The position numbers were made by a program, and so were the translations under genes. Source: Dimorphilus gyrociliatus (Eukaryota; Animalia; Annelida). Taken from it: a stretch of 64,000 nt of DNA. The notes below the pieces were generated by a model. That model saw only the letters and a program-made list of their open reading frames with translations, ran no database searches and was not told the DNA's origin. Positions within the stretch are counted from its first letter, which is position 1. Each line of letters starts with the position of its first letter. The stretch is taken from assembly GCA_904063045.1 (NCBI GenBank), contig CAJFCJ010000009.1, positions 1,798,968 through 1,862,967 of the forward strand. Direction: 5' to 3'. Of this stretch, positions 62,835-64,000 are shown in pieces.

Positions 62835-64000
62835 TTAATAAGGCGATGCAACTTCTATAGAGGATATTCCCTGCCTTATATCTGCTTCTTCATCTTCATC
62901 ATCAGCATCATCTGAATCCTCCACCCTCCGACGTATTCTTAACTCAGGTTGTATAGAAAATTTAAATGAAGGATTTCTAGCAGTTCTAGGTAGACGAAGT
63001 TCTACTGGTAGTACTTCTTTCAACACAGTTAAATGAGTAACTAAAGAGGCAAGAGTCGCCCATTCTTTGTCAGGACCTTTTTGAAACCTATACCTTCCGC
63101 ACGGAGTCTTCTCGATTAGGTAATGTTTTAAAATAAAACGAGGTTCTCCTGGAGAGGCACTATAGTTTGGCACCTGCAATTTTAGTTAATTAATATAAAT
63201 GGATGGTAGTTTAAAGGTAATAAATGAGATATACTTTTAAGGACAGAGCAAAGCAACCAATTTCAGACGTACTTTCCCTGATGACAAATGAGCCAAATTC
63301 TTGCTGTGATAAAAATTCAAGAATTGATTCTCTTGGAACACCGGAATAGAACCATGGATATTGTGTAAAGTCTTCATCAATGGAAGCCTTGGAATTTTGA
63401 GTAACGCCATTATCCGATAATCTCCTATTAGAATGAAAAAAAAGGACTCAAAAGTGAAATTTAGAATCACAAACATTAGAAAATAATTTCATAGACATTA
63501 ACCTTCCTTCCTCGTCAGATTCTGGAGCAAAAAATTCAAATTCTGTTGAACTAGTCTCAATAGTTGATGGTCTGTTTTCTCTGGGCGGAAGTGGGGGAGG
63601 TGTAATTGAAGTTGATCGTCGAGGGGATGAGGGTCGTTTAATAAGCTCTATATCATTCAAATCCTTATGATCTCCCGATCCGTTCCTAATTCTATCAGAA
63701 CCAGATTTCTCTAGTGAGCTACTTCCAGTCGAGGGAGCATCGGGAAGTGGTCTATTTCGAATAGACCTAGAAGTTGACGATGAGCTTTCTTGTTCGGATG
63801 TCATACTATTTTCTACTATAGAAAGAATAGATTGTCGTCGCTCTTCTTCCCTATTTGTGAAGAAAACAAATATGTAACAAGTTACAGATACTTTTATAAA
63901 CAATAATTACCTTTGCTGTTGTTCAAGCATTGATCTCTCATAATTTTCAAAATGAGCATCGATTGTGTCTTTTAAGCAGGTTACAGGACTTCTATTGGCT
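62835..64000 (-). CDS. SH2-domain adaptor protein (5' part outside the window), possibly EGFR-adaptor-like
   Basis: PWFYSGVPRESILEFLSQQEFGSFVIRESTSEIGCFALSV|..KHYLIE..WATLASLVTHLTVLKEVLPVELRLP, with an upstream Pro-rich PPPLPPR. Confidence 0.8.

Overview
AT-rich, very gene-dense animal genomic DNA with short GT-AG introns (mostly about 50-100 nt). The gene set and compaction suggest a compact-genome invertebrate, probably a lophotrochozoan such as a miniaturised annelid (inference, not verified). Conserved genes recognised by sequence: AP4E1, TM9SF3, a cyclophilin, a head-to-head pair of MBOAT1/2-type acyltransferases, POLB, a NEK8/9-type kinase, TTC1, an MZB1 homologue, NCKAP1, a folate-receptor-fold protein, a C16orf89 homologue, a C2H2 zinc-finger gene, CFAP52, a PDGF/VEGF-like ligand, a BK-beta-like two-TM protein, SSUH2 and a partial SH2 adaptor. 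The main accessory region is about 13.1-26.5 kb. It holds five co-oriented, highly diverged paralogues encoding secreted proteins: signal peptide, protease-associated (PA)-like domain without a protease, PAN/apple, a variable beta-rich domain (lectin-like in two copies), Thr/Ser/Pro stalk, and a second PAN/apple. A truncated Bel/Pao gag-protease insertion interrupts the array. Other oddities: a probable non-AUG mitochondrial presequence on the cyclophilin, a NEK kinase with an N-terminal DUF4347-like domain and a C-terminal CaaX box, a tetraspanin with very long cytoplasmic tails, a cystine-knot ligand lacking an interchain cysteine, CTCF-like motifs at promoters, and a recurrent TATACAGTATA motif. 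Gene models were assembled by eye, so splice sites are approximate. No tRNA, rRNA or CRISPR array was found.
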